IMG/VR virus record: IMGVR_UViG_3300032242_000468
Coordinates: 1 to 64,000 of that record
Reading direction: 5' to 3' (one strand)
DNA: 64,000 nt
DNA from: a virus
The notes under the pieces were generated by a model, which worked only from the letters and a program-made list of their open reading frames with translations, was not told the origin of the DNA and did no database searches. The position numbers and the translations under genes were made by a program. Position 1 is the first letter of the stretch; the number at the start of each line of letters is the position of its first letter. This document shows positions 1 through 9,769 of this stretch, one piece after another.

Positions 1-404
1 ACAAAATAATCAACATACTCCATTACTCCTATTTTGAGTAGGCTGAGTTTTACTGTTTCTCTAATACTGTTGCTGGCCACTGCAATTTGATAGCCCTGTT
101 GTTTCAGTTTAGAAAATATATCTACCAACTTAGGGTCAATTGTAAATTTTTTAAGTAATTCAAATGTTGCAATCTGTTTACGTTGCCACACCATGTCATG
201 ATACTCTGTAGGCAAACCTTTTGATTCGCTCAGTAATTTTAATTTTTTAGTTGTGTTAAGACCATCATACACAGACAGGTGTTCGTCTCGTGATATAACA
301 TATTTAGAGTCTATAGAATTTAAAGCGTCATTGAGGCTTTGGTAGTGTAACTCTCTGCTTTCAATTAGTACACCATCGAGGTCAAAGATTATTAATTTGT
401 TCAT
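1..404 (-). CDS. HAD-superfamily hydrolase/phosphatase, 5' part (runs off the window; not in the ORF track)
   Basis: Manual translation from ATG at 404: MNKLIIFDLDGVLIESRELHYQSLNDAL...IAVASNS. HAD motif I (hhhDxDGVL) and motif II (ASNS) are present, and the frame is open to position 1. Confidence 0.85.
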   Translation of the reverse strand, partial: MNKLIIFDLDGVLIESRELHYQSLNDALNSIDSKYVISRDEHLSVYDGLNTTKKLKLLSESKGLPTEYHDMVWQRKQIATFELLKKFTIDPKLVDIFSKLKQQGYQIAVASNSIRETVKLSLLKIGVMEYVDYF

Positions 405-409
405 GATTG

Positions 410-434
410 TATTTAATATATGAGTATATAAATA
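410..434. promoter_or_regulatory. Back-to-back T4-type late promoters (TAAATA on minus at 410-415; TATAAATA on plus at 427-434)
   Basis: Match to the T4 gp55 late promoter consensus TATAAATA. Each element lies 5 nt upstream of an ATG (404 minus, 440 plus). Confidence 0.7.
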
Positions 435-439
435 TTTCT

Positions 440-1138
440 ATGAAAATTGCTATATTACTTCCCGGGCAACCTAGATTCACTCCAGGGTTTCAAGATTTTT
501 TATCCAAACTTAAAGGATATGATACCGCAGATTGGTTTGTGTATTTCACAAATAACAATGTTAATCTCACCACCAATAAGCCATTTGCAATTATTCCTAG
601 TGAATGGGAGCAATTTGACTGCGAGTGGGGACAGCAACGAGTACAGTCAATGTTACCTGATAATAATTTTGTTAAGTATTTTGGAATTTCTGATGCTGAC
701 CAACAAGAATTTTTTCACCCGCAAAATGTTTCTGAGGTAGGAAATGTAAGTCATGTGTTTAAGATGTTTTATAATCTACATAAGGTAGACCAAGCAAGAA
801 AAAACTACGAACGTGATAATCAGTTTCAATATGATCTAGTTATCCGTACTAGACCTGAACTATATACGTTGTCTGATATTGAGTTATCTCTGGTAGAAAT
901 TAAGGACCGTCATATAATCATGCCTAGCAATGACTGGCATGGTAATCCTGCCGCCAATGATCAGTTTGCAATAGGAAACTCTGCAGCCATGACAGTATAT
1001 GCAGATGTACACAATCGTCTAAAAGAATATAATGATCACGGAGTTCTGTTCCACCCTGAAACTATTGTAGGGCATAATTTATCAGCAAATGGCATAATCT
1101 CAGAGCGAGGTAATTTTGAAGCGTACCTTAATCGTTAA
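440..1138 (+). CDS. Putative glycosyltransferase-like/nucleotide-sugar-related protein (likely start 440, MKIAILLPGQPR)
   Basis: Motifs KIAhhhxGQPR, YDLVIRTRP(E/D), NDQFAIG and FHPET. Paralog of 51692..52411. The function is inferred. Confidence 0.55.
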   Translation: MKIAILLPGQPRFTPGFQDFLSKLKGYDTADWFVYFTNNNVNLTTNKPFAIIPSEWEQFDCEWGQQRVQSMLPDNNFVKYFGISDADQQEFFHPQNVSEVGNVSHVFKMFYNLHKVDQARKNYERDNQFQYDLVIRTRPELYTLSDIELSLVEIKDRHIIMPSNDWHGNPAANDQFAIGNSAAMTVYADVHNRLKEYNDHGVLFHPETIVGHNLSANGIISERGNFEAYLNR

Positions 1139-1166
1139 AAAAGGCTCCTAAGAGCCTTTTTATTTT
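1137..1166. terminator. Bidirectional intrinsic terminator between convergent genes
   Basis: AAAAAGGCTC-CTAA-GAGCCTTTTT hairpin with A/T tracts on both sides, between the convergent stops at 1138 and 1181. Confidence 0.85.
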
Positions 1167-1180
1167 CTGTAATATTTCTA

Positions 1181-1822
1181 TTATAGAGTCTTTGATAAAA
1201 TACCGCCGCCGCCTTGTTGTACACCTGCCGCAAACGCTTGACCTAATTGTCCTGCAGGACTATCACCAGAGTCGCCATTAACTTGGATAGCATTATCAAA
1301 TTCAATTGTTAATGCAATTTCCATTGGGGTGCTCTCAGCATAGGCTAATTCGTTGTAGTTTACAGTTTGTAAATAACATCCACTGATTAACCATGTTTCA
1401 AGGATTTTAGGATCATGTGATCCGTTGCCGCCATCTAACATTTCAAGACGTGTTTGGAATTTATAATCAATACCAGCCGCCGCACTTGCTTGTTCAAAGA
1501 AGTCGAATTGTTTCTGTAACTGTTCGCCGACTAAGTTTGTAACTAATCCGCCAACATCATCACGTATTGTAATAGCCATTGATTGCCATGTTGGTTTACC
1601 AGCATATTTGATCATACTGTTATATACGTGAATAGTTTGATTTTCAAACTGGACTTGTGGACGACTTGCTGTAACTACCTGCTTTGTTAGTTCAGTAGTA
1701 GGCTTAGTTACACCAAACCCTTCAAAATATACTCTAAAGCGATATTTTAGTTTTGGCATCAATAGGCCCTGCGTTGTGCCTCCTATTGGAACTGTAAATC
1801 TATTTAAACTTGCGATTGACAT
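1181..1822 (-). CDS. gp19: Tail tube protein (T4 gp19-like)
   Basis: 213 aa directly downstream of the sheath gene. PKLKYRFRV...YAGKPTW..ITIRDD...W.ISGCY..V.Y.ELAY pattern is typical of T4-like tube proteins. Confidence 0.85.
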   Translation of the reverse strand: MSIASLNRFTVPIGGTTQGLLMPKLKYRFRVYFEGFGVTKPTTELTKQVVTASRPQVQFENQTIHVYNSMIKYAGKPTWQSMAITIRDDVGGLVTNLVGEQLQKQFDFFEQASAAAGIDYKFQTRLEMLDGGNGSHDPKILETWLISGCYLQTVNYNELAYAESTPMEIALTIEFDNAIQVNGDSGDSPAGQLGQAFAAGVQQGGGGILSKTL

Positions 1823-1848
1823 CTTATTGCTCCTTATTCTTTATTAAA

Positions 1849-4800
1849 TTATAGTCCTGCCTTGATTGCACCAGTATTCTTCAAGCGTAATGGTATGTAA
1901 ATGAATTCCACTGCTTTTGTTGGCTCAATCGCGATGTCTAACCAAAGTTCAGAACGATCGATTCTTGTAGGAGTATTATTGCTCTCATCGCAAACTACTG
2001 CGAAGTCGTACAATGCTCTCTTACTTACTAACTCTTGTAAGAAACTTTGTGCCGAGGCTTTGATCTCATTACGAGTGATTTTATCGTTTGGCTCAAACAA
2101 GAATGGTTTTACTAAACGATCTAATTGTCTGCGCATGTAACAAACTAAACGTGCTACATTGATTCTATCTAATGAACTTGCGTTTCTAGCACGAGTATAT
2201 TGTCCAAAGTTAACAATTCCAGCACCTGTTAGTGTAGCAATTGGGTTAATTTTAACTCCTGCTAATACATCGCGTAGGCTTTGTGGAAGAGTTGTGCTCT
2301 TAAACTCGCCGTCTAGGATGTAACCAACTGATGTAGCGTTGTCAACACCACCACGTCTTGTACCAGCAGGAGCAAACCATTCAAAACTCTTCTGGTCACT
2401 TTCTGCAATAGTACGTAGCATCATGTGGCTTGGTGGAACAACAATATAGTTTCCTGTATTGTCATTTGTGTAACCACTTGGATAGAACATAGCCATATAT
2501 TCGTCATAACTTACGGCACCTGTGTCGTTATTGTCAAATGCACCGTTTGTGTTATTACCCCAGGCTGCTAAATCAGTGCCTGTTGGCTTTAAGCGGAATG
2601 GTGTATCACCAACAACAAATGCTGTTAGTCCACGATCAGTGTTGTAAGCAATCATGTTTTGAATTGCTTCTGGATATCCAGGGCAAGCAATCAAATTAAA
2701 CACAACTGAGTCTGTATCACGGATAGCCTGATTAGTATCAATCTGTGCTTTCATACCAGCAACAACAAATCCGCGCTGTGCATGACGACCAAACGATCCT
2801 GTGCCAGATGGTTGATTTGGACTTACAGTAACCCAACGGTCTGCATTGTAAGTTAATCCACCGTTTGAACCGTTCATAATCTCGTTGCCATAACGTGCGT
2901 TTTCGCCGTTATTAGAATTGATGTTAATGAATGATGTTTCAAATTTCTTAACATTAAATCCAGAACGACGTAGATTCCATAGTCTCATACCTTTTGGATA
3001 TAGTGCAGGATCTGGTGCATCTGGGTCTAAGTAATTACTTGCTAACAAAGTCTTAATTGAAGTGTTTACTGTAGGACCATCTGTTCCTATGTTAGACCAA
3101 CGTGCGTCAGCAAACAACCAACCTGTTGGTGTTGTTTGATCTGTTGTATCTTGTGCTACCCATTTTAGAGTAGATCCGTTGTAAACATATACATTTTGAC
3201 CATACATTTCAATATCGGATGTATCAATCCAAATATCTCCATTTTGTAATGGTGTACCGTCACTTTGTACTGTTGGTTGTAGTGCGGAAACTAATGGGCC
3301 ATTTGGGTCTGAGTTTGGAAATGCTGTTGCATCTTGGTATCCAACCCATGTTTCACCGTTGTGATATAGAACATCAACTTCGTCAACTACAGAACTGTAG
3401 AACAATGCTCCGTTTGCAGGATCAGAATATGGTACTACAGAGTCTGGTTGATATACTAATGGTTTCCAGTTACTTGCATAATACTGATATCCGCCTGATT
3501 CAAATTCACCTGAAGCGTAGAAGTTTTGTGTTCCACTTTCAACTCCGTTTGTATCTCTTGCCCATGGAGTCAATTGTAGTATTCTTGATAATGGTGTACC
3601 AAGTCCGTCTAAGAATTTGATCTCACCACCACCGGAGTGTTGAATACTAACGCTTGTAGCATTGCCGTTTGTATCAAAACTTGCGGCGCTTGCTGAAACG
3701 TAAGTTAGTCCGGCGCTATTAATGTGACTGATAATTGTATCAAGTGTATCATTTGCTGCCAAACTAATAGTTGCATCTGTGCTGTATTGAGCGTGACCAG
3801 TTGCTGTAGTGTTGGTTGTTAACCCTTCACTAATGTTAAAACTTGATGATGTAGTTACAACCGCTGTAGTTACAGTAGAAACAACTGTGGTTGCGCCTGT
3901 TGAATTTCTACGGAATATGTAGAACTCGGCGTACTGTGTGTTGTTAGTTAATGTATTCCAAGCACCTGTACCTTTGTCATAGTTTTGTTCAATATAAACA
4001 CTACCTACTCCTGCTCCTTTAATAGAGTTAAGAGCAGTTTGTCCGTCAAAGTATATAGGAGCAGTTGTGCTTACAAATGCGTTACTAGCGGCGCTATAAT
4101 ATTTTACTGACCAATTAGCACCGGTGTTAGGTGCAGTAGTCTTAACATAAACTGATCCACTTGGGTTAACAGTAAAGTCTGGGAATTTTGTATGTGGGCC
4201 TTGGAATAATGCCAATCCGCTATTATTTGCGGCAACTAATCCAATTGCGGTCAACATAGCACTACCACCAGTACCAGTTGCTTGAATAAGGATCTTACCA
4301 TCTGGAGTTGTGCCATTAGATTTTGCAGTAGCATCTGCGTAGAATTCTAAGTAGCCGTTCTTGTTGACCTTAACACCAAAACCGTGAGTTTTACCAACTG
4401 TGTTGATAGAAGTTGCTAGTGCTGTTAGTGTTGATCCGCTTAGGGTAATTGTTTGATAGTTAATTACTATAGTTTGACCGTTGTATAGCGATAGGTCTGG
4501 GTTAGCCCTAGTGCTTGTTAAAACAGGCCATGAAGTTTGCCAGCAAGTTGATTTCCATGTAGCGGCAGAACTAAAACCGTTTTCTACGTTATCACCAATC
4601 TGTACCCAATTGCCGTCTTTGTTTTTATACCAGTAGTGAACTTCTGTTGTTAGAGCAACAACAGCATAAGCACCATTAGATCCAAAACTTGCTTTTGGTG
4701 TAAAATTATCACTTGTAGCAGTTGATAAGTTTGTGTTATCGATTACTAAAGGAATCTTATTTGTGAAAACACCGTTAACTGTGTCCCACTCAAAAATACC

Positions 4801-5232
4801 CCATTTAGTATTTGATGTATCTAACCAATAAGTTCCGTCTACTGGATTACCTACTGGAGCAGATGATTGTGGAAGTAAAGACCCTAAATCTAAATCAGCG
4901 CGAACAACATACGCTCTTGAACTTACTCCTAGTAATGAGTAAGCGGCTTGTAAGCCATATTCGTTTAGTTCTCCACCGTTAACTGGATTACCACTTGCAT
5001 CTGTGTAGAACAATGGTGTTCCAAATGTATCTGTTAAATCTCGTTGGCTAGTAATTAGCCAAACTTTACCTGCGTTTGCTGGATCAGTTCCTTTTGCGAT
5101 ACCTGTTCCGCTTGCATTTTCCTTGTTACTTTTACTCGCTACAAAAATCATAGGAGTTGTTGACGGAGCCGCTGGTAGGTAAAAACTCTCGTCTATAACT
5201 GATATCTGTACGCCTGGTGAATTTAAAGCCAT
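1849..5232 (-). CDS. gp18: Contractile tail sheath protein (T4 gp18-like) with a large central insertion
   Basis: N-terminal SPGVQISVIDES. C-terminal WFAPAGTRRG, INPI, LDRINVARL, FEPND..TR, VVCDESNNTP..ID, IEPTKAVEFIYI motifs. Confidence 0.95.
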   Translation of the reverse strand: MALNSPGVQISVIDESFYLPAAPSTTPMIFVASKSNKENASGTGIAKGTDPANAGKVWLITSQRDLTDTFGTPLFYTDASGNPVNGGELNEYGLQAAYSLLGVSSRAYVVRADLDLGSLLPQSSAPVGNPVDGTYWLDTSNTKWGIFEWDTVNGVFTNKIPLVIDNTNLSTATSDNFTPKASFGSNGAYAVVALTTEVHYWYKNKDGNWVQIGDNVENGFSSAATWKSTCWQTSWPVLTSTRANPDLSLYNGQTIVINYQTITLSGSTLTALATSINTVGKTHGFGVKVNKNGYLEFYADATAKSNGTTPDGKILIQATGTGGSAMLTAIGLVAANNSGLALFQGPHTKFPDFTVNPSGSVYVKTTAPNTGANWSVKYYSAASNAFVSTTAPIYFDGQTALNSIKGAGVGSVYIEQNYDKGTGAWNTLTNNTQYAEFYIFRRNSTGATTVVSTVTTAVVTTSSSFNISEGLTTNTTATGHAQYSTDATISLAANDTLDTIISHINSAGLTYVSASAASFDTNGNATSVSIQHSGGGEIKFLDGLGTPLSRILQLTPWARDTNGVESGTQNFYASGEFESGGYQYYASNWKPLVYQPDSVVPYSDPANGALFYSSVVDEVDVLYHNGETWVGYQDATAFPNSDPNGPLVSALQPTVQSDGTPLQNGDIWIDTSDIEMYGQNVYVYNGSTLKWVAQDTTDQTTPTGWLFADARWSNIGTDGPTVNTSIKTLLASNYLDPDAPDPALYPKGMRLWNLRRSGFNVKKFETSFININSNNGENARYGNEIMNGSNGGLTYNADRWVTVSPNQPSGTGSFGRHAQRGFVVAGMKAQIDTNQAIRDTDSVVFNLIACPGYPEAIQNMIAYNTDRGLTAFVVGDTPFRLKPTGTDLAAWGNNTNGAFDNNDTGAVSYDEYMAMFYPSGYTNDNTGNYIVVPPSHMMLRTIAESDQKSFEWFAPAGTRRGGVDNATSVGYILDGEFKSTTLPQSLRDVLAGVKINPIATLTGAGIVNFGQYTRARNASSLDRINVARLVCYMRRQLDRLVKPFLFEPNDKITRNEIKASAQSFLQELVSKRALYDFAVVCDESNNTPTRIDRSELWLDIAIEPTKAVEFIYIPLRLKNTGAIKAGL

Positions 5233-5257
5233 TTCAATCTCCCATATAATGGTTTCT

Positions 5258-5301
5258 TGCTAATATTTAGCAGATATGGTTAAAAAATACCGGCTTAAAT
5301 A
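5258..5301. promoter_or_regulatory. Divergent late promoters for the sheath gene (TAAATA minus, 5264-5269) and the HNH-like gene (TAAATA plus, 5296-5301)
   Basis: TAAATA elements on both strands of the intergenic region. The sheath promoter lies inside the inverted repeat TGCTAA-TAT-TTAGCA. The sheath gene has a GGGAG Shine-Dalgarno (SD). Confidence 0.6.
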
Positions 5302-5332
5302 CTCATGAAAAGGGCATGAAAAAGGGCGGCGT

Positions 5333-5668
5333 ATGCGTAATACTTGTAAAAAATGCAGGCAAAGACCTGCGGCAGTAAACTATCACAAAGAAGGCAAGAC
5401 CTATTACAGGTCAATATGCGATCATTGTGCTAGAGGATACTTAACTGAGCAACCTAAGTGGCAAAAGTTTGGCTATAAGAAAAAGAACAGTTGTGACAAA
5501 TGCGGATTCAAGAGTCTGCATGAATCTGTATTCTCTGTATTTCATGTTGACGGAAATCTATCTAATGCCAACCCTGCCAATTTAAAAACTATATGTACAA
5601 ACTGCTTTCAAATCCTGGCCCTAGAGGGAGGTCGTTGGCGTCAAGGCGGTCTGCGACCAGACTTCTAA
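5333..5668 (+). CDS. Zinc-finger / HNH endonuclease-like protein
   Basis: Four CxxC pairs (CKKC, CDHC, CDKC, CTNC) and an HNH-like segment VFHVDGNLSNANPANLKTICTNC. Confidence 0.7.
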   Translation: MRNTCKKCRQRPAAVNYHKEGKTYYRSICDHCARGYLTEQPKWQKFGYKKKNSCDKCGFKSLHESVFSVFHVDGNLSNANPANLKTICTNCFQILALEGGRWRQGGLRPDF

Positions 5669-6278
5669 CCTGCTGGAATAACTCATCAATTGTACCGTCA
5701 TTGGATAGTATGGCATCAAACTTAGTTCCTACCCACGCTGTTTCTGAAGCATGAATCTTTAACTTTTCCATCCTAGTCTTAGCCAGTATCCAATTTATAT
5801 GATGGTCACCTGCATTCATATCTATAGCGTCTTGATACCATTCAGGTTCATCACCACGTTTTACACGAATAACAATTCCGCCTGCATCTTTGATTGATTT
5901 AATTTCATTAGGAAAACGACAATCTGAAATAACAATATCGTCTGTACTGTTGCGTAGTTTATTTTCTAATGAGGCAATCCACATATCATCGTGAAAACCA
6001 TTGCGGCATACTTCTGTGCCCCAATATTGTAGTATCCAGCGTGGAGTTAGATGTGGCATACCTAAACGTTCTGCCCACCATGTATCTACTTCTTCTCGCC
6101 ATTCACGGGCTTGTTTTGTACGGCCTTCTAACATGGTACGGTCCCAACCAAATACCATACTTACTGAGTCTTTTAAACTGTTAGCAAAACTTTCTCGTCT
6201 AAATCCGTGAAAGTTAGTAAGATAATCAGCAATAGTATCTTTGCCAGAACCAATAAAACCGCACACACCTATGATCAT
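5589..6278 (-). CDS. Deoxynucleoside monophosphate kinase (T4 gp1-like)
   Basis: MIIGVCGFIGSGKDT P-loop, SFA..LKD, TPRWILQYWGTEVCR, VISDCRFPNE and HASE motifs. GGAGAG SD. Confidence 0.9.
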   Translation of the reverse strand: MIIGVCGFIGSGKDTIADYLTNFHGFRRESFANSLKDSVSMVFGWDRTMLEGRTKQAREWREEVDTWWAERLGMPHLTPRWILQYWGTEVCRNGFHDDMWIASLENKLRNSTDDIVISDCRFPNEIKSIKDAGGIVIRVKRGDEPEWYQDAIDMNAGDHHINWILAKTRMEKLKIHASETAWVGTKFDAILSNDGTIDELFQQVRSLVADRLDANDLPLGPGFESSLYI

Positions 6279-6310
6279 AGTATCTCTCCAAACAGATACT
6301 ATAATTTAAC

Positions 6311-7069
6311 TTATCCTATCACAAAAGTCAATGGTTGTTGGTTATCTTTATTGTTAATTAGATCTTGCTCTAATATTTCCATTTCGGCTTTGCCTTCGGA
6401 CTTTAGGGCTGTTCCGTTTAGATTTGTTCCGCCTTGCGGGCTAGCAATGGTGGCAAACTTTTCACGAGCTTCGCCTAGTATTACTTTGGCTCTTGCTGTT
6501 GCATAGTCTCTAATCCAAATTCCTGCCCAGGTATCTTGGAATAGAATAAAGTCTGGCTTATAGTTGTACATCCAAAGTAGAACGTTTTCTTCTCCACGTG
6601 GGCGTTGTGTAATTCTTAACTTTTTAGTAACTGAGTTCCAGTCAAAGTTAATAAACGATCCAAACATTTTACCAACTAAATTTTGATATTGTGAAAACAT
6701 CATATAGGTTGCTAGGCCGCCCATGTTAGAACTACTTAACAGATAGGTATTAGAATAGGCTAGGTTAAACGGTTCAAATAGTGTACCGCCATCGCCACCG
6801 CCTGATCTACTACCGATACTACGTCGGAAAATCTGCCTAACCTGCATAACTTCGGGTGCTAACTGATATTCGTTAACATCTGTTTGTAGTGTTAGATACC
6901 CAAAACTTTCCTCTACAGAGTTTTGACTGCGTTGTCTGTACTTGCGTAGAGCAATATCTATGGCCAAATCGTAGTGTTTAGGATCCAGCTCAACATCAAT
7001 CATACCGTCACCTAATGAGGTTTTGATATAATCGACAACTTTTTGCTTTTCTGTTTCAGTTTCGTTCAT
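6311..7069 (-). CDS. gp13: Neck/head completion protein (T4 gp13-like); likely start 7069 (MNETETEK)
   Basis: LGDGMIDVELD..HY..AID.AL, and W.RDYATA.AK.ILGEAREKF...PQGGT.LNG..LKSEG. The ORF-track extension to 7165 overlaps the divergent gene and is probably not real. Confidence 0.8.
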   Translation of the reverse strand: MNETETEKQKVVDYIKTSLGDGMIDVELDPKHYDLAIDIALRKYRQRSQNSVEESFGYLTLQTDVNEYQLAPEVMQVRQIFRRSIGSRSGGGDGGTLFEPFNLAYSNTYLLSSSNMGGLATYMMFSQYQNLVGKMFGSFINFDWNSVTKKLRITQRPRGEENVLLWMYNYKPDFILFQDTWAGIWIRDYATARAKVILGEAREKFATIASPQGGTNLNGTALKSEGKAEMEILEQDLINNKDNQQPLTFVIG

Positions 7070-7074
7070 ACCAA

Positions 7075-7090
7075 TATTTAGCCATAAATA
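7075..7090. promoter_or_regulatory. Back-to-back late promoters TATTTA-gcca-TAAATA
   Basis: TAAATA on minus is 5 nt from the ATG at 7069. TAAATA on plus is 7 nt from the ATG at 7098. Confidence 0.7.
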
Positions 7091-7097
7091 TACTACT

Positions 7098-8312
7098 ATG
7101 CCAAGACTATCCCTGTATCGTCCCGAAAAGGGCAATGATTTTAAATTCCTTGATCGTGTAATCAATGAAGAATTTCAAGTGGGCGGAACTGATGTTTTTG
7201 TTCACAAATATCTAGGACCTACAGATCCGGATCCCGGTAATGCTACTCCTACAACTCCGATTAATGGATCAACAGTAGGAGAATTGGGAATACAAGATGT
7301 GTTGTTTATGGAAAACAGAGATCGTAATTATGCACCCGATGTATACATTATGCGTGGCATTTACACAATGCAAGACATAGACTTTAATCTGATGCAGTTT
7401 GGCTTCTTTTTAGCAAACGATAATATCATGGTTACTTTTCATCAGCGTAACTGTGTTGATACGCTAGGGCGCAGACTGATGGCAGGCGATGTTTTAGAAC
7501 TGCCTCACTTAAAAGACGAGTATGCACTAGGTGATGCTATGGTTGCACTAAAAAGATTTTATGTAGTAACCGATGTTGCTCGTGCCGCAACAGGATATAG
7601 TCAAACTTGGTATCCTCACCTAATTCGTGCCAAGTGTGAACCGCTTGTTGATAGCCAAGAATTTAGTCAAATATTCAGTGCTGATAGCGGTGCCGGAGAT
7701 GGAAGTACTTTAAAAGACATATTGTCTTTGTACAATAAAAATATAGAAATTAATAATCAAATTATTGCTCAAGCAGAAGCAGATGCTCCCTTAAGTGGTT
7801 ATGATACTAACCAATTCTACGTGTTACCATTAAATCCAGATTCTCCTTATCAGACTTTACAAACACAAGATGCTAGTGATGAAGAACGCGATGCCAGCGA
7901 AGACGATCATACAGTTGATGCAAGTTTTACATATGTAACTCCTGACAAAAATATGTATGTGGGATACTTAACTGGAGATGGTGTTCCACCTAACGGTGCT
8001 CCCTACACTGCCGGAATTGATTTTCCATCAAGCCCTTATAAGGGTGCTTATTGTTTAAGAACAGATTATTTGCCTAACAGACTTTTCAAGTTTGATGGTA
8101 CTACATGGGTTTATCAGGAATCTAATGTAAGAATGACTATGACTAATAAGCCTACTGATGGTAAACCTGCAGATAATACATTAACAAGACAAACCGAAGT
8201 TACTGGATTTGTTAATAATAATACAACTGCGACAATCAATGGCAAAGTTGTACAAGAGCGTCAAGCATTAAGCAAGGCGTTGGCAACAAATAAACCGAGA
8301 GCAGACAACTAA
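7098..8312 (+). CDS. gp14: Neck protein (T4 gp14-like) with C-terminal extension
   Basis: D.LFMENRDR.Y, F..QFGFF, GDVLELPHL segments. Adjacent to gp13-like and gp15-like genes. Assignment relies partly on synteny. Confidence 0.6.
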   Translation: MPRLSLYRPEKGNDFKFLDRVINEEFQVGGTDVFVHKYLGPTDPDPGNATPTTPINGSTVGELGIQDVLFMENRDRNYAPDVYIMRGIYTMQDIDFNLMQFGFFLANDNIMVTFHQRNCVDTLGRRLMAGDVLELPHLKDEYALGDAMVALKRFYVVTDVARAATGYSQTWYPHLIRAKCEPLVDSQEFSQIFSADSGAGDGSTLKDILSLYNKNIEINNQIIAQAEADAPLSGYDTNQFYVLPLNPDSPYQTLQTQDASDEERDASEDDHTVDASFTYVTPDKNMYVGYLTGDGVPPNGAPYTAGIDFPSSPYKGAYCLRTDYLPNRLFKFDGTTWVYQESNVRMTMTNKPTDGKPADNTLTRQTEVTGFVNNNTTATINGKVVQERQALSKALATNKPRADN

Positions 8313-9769
8313 TGGACTTCTTTTACGACGGGCAAATACGCCGATACTTAACTCAATTTATGCGACTGATGAGTAACTTTGCTTACCAAGATGGTCGCGG
8401 AAATATCATTCAAATACCTGTTCGTTATGGAGATATGAACAGACAGGTAGCCAGTGTGCTAAAAAAGAACAGTGAAAATATTGTAAACTCTGCTCCTTTT
8501 ATTGCCTGCTATGTAAAGGGGTTAGAACTTGCGAGAGAAAGATTACAAGATCCTACTTTTGTTAGTAAAATGAACATTCGAGAACGTCAATGGGAGTACA
8601 TTGACGAGAATCCAGACAGTCCTACTTTTGGTCAAACTATACAAGACTACGGAAATACACAAGGAGAAAATTATACGGTTGAAAGGCTGATGCCCACCCC
8701 GTATAGTATTCAATTTGCCGCAGATGTATGGTCAACAAATACAGAACAAAAATTGCAGATTCTTGAACAGATACTTGTATTGTTTAGACCGGCCATGGAA
8801 ATTCAAACAACCAGTAATTATATTGATTGGACTAGTTTAAGTTATGTTGAGTTAGACGGAGTTATTTGGTCAAACAGAAATATTCCACAAGGTACAGATG
8901 TAGAAATTGATATTGCCAATCTAACATTTAAATGCCCTATCTGGATTACCACTCCTGCTAAAGTCAAAAAACTTGGTATTATCACAAAAATTGTTGCTAA
9001 TATTTTTACAGAAGCTCAAGGAACAATAGGAAATGGTGAACTTGTATTTGGTAATCCTAATGCCCAAGTAGTTGTTACCCCAGGCAACATCGGAGTATTG
9101 GTGGTTGATAATACTGCTAGATTAATACACCATGGAGAAAATATTGGCGGTACAAATTTGCAAGATATTCCTATTAAAAATGGAACAAAACTTAATTGGA
9201 AATACTTGCTGGACATGTATCCTGGACATTTTAGATCAGGTTTAAGTCATATATCATTAACTAAACCAGACGGCACTAATGTTATCGGATATTTAACGGC
9301 AAATCCGTTAGTAGAAGATGAGATGGAAGTGTTAAACATGACGTTTGACGGAGATACTATTCTTAATACAGACATACATGATTTAACAAACACATATATT
9401 CGAGGAACAGTGAATGCTGTAATTAACCCTACAACATTTAATCCCGGCATAACTCCCGCTATTGATACCAGATATTTAATACTAGAAGACATTAATACAG
9501 ATATCAATATAGAAATAGATTTGTTACCTACTGCTTGGAAAAAATACGGACAACATAATACCAATGCAGAAAGATTTATAGCCCATGCTAACGACATTAT
9601 TCAATGGGACGGTACAAAGTGGAATGTAATATTCGATACTACAACTACACAACCTGTCACTTACATAACTAATTCATATACAGGTATACAATACAAGTGG
9701 GATGGCACAGAATGGTCTAAAACTGTAGACGGGGTATACCTTCCAGGAGATTGGCGTTTAGTTTTATGA
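8312..9769 (+). CDS. gp15: Tail completion / sheath stabiliser (T4 gp15-like) with C-terminal extension
   Basis: FFYDGQIRRY..QF..L.SNF, IPVRYGD, MPTPY...F..D.W..N.EQKLQILEQIL..F.P motifs resemble gp15. Confidence 0.75.
   Translation: MDFFYDGQIRRYLTQFMRLMSNFAYQDGRGNIIQIPVRYGDMNRQVASVLKKNSENIVNSAPFIACYVKGLELARERLQDPTFVSKMNIRERQWEYIDENPDSPTFGQTIQDYGNTQGENYTVERLMPTPYSIQFAADVWSTNTEQKLQILEQILVLFRPAMEIQTTSNYIDWTSLSYVELDGVIWSNRNIPQGTDVEIDIANLTFKCPIWITTPAKVKKLGIITKIVANIFTEAQGTIGNGELVFGNPNAQVVVTPGNIGVLVVDNTARLIHHGENIGGTNLQDIPIKNGTKLNWKYLLDMYPGHFRSGLSHISLTKPDGTNVIGYLTANPLVEDEMEVLNMTFDGDTILNTDIHDLTNTYIRGTVNAVINPTTFNPGITPAIDTRYLILEDINTDINIEIDLLPTAWKKYGQHNTNAERFIAHANDIIQWDGTKWNVIFDTTTTQPVTYITNSYTGIQYKWDGTEWSKTVDGVYLPGDWRLVL

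Noticed and set aside
7070-7165. ORF-track N-terminal extensions (7165, and similarly 407, 9751, 55178)
   Set aside because: They overlap neighbouring genes or promoters. Downstream ATGs at 7069, 440, 9766 and 55163 fit the promoter spacing or stop-start coupling better.
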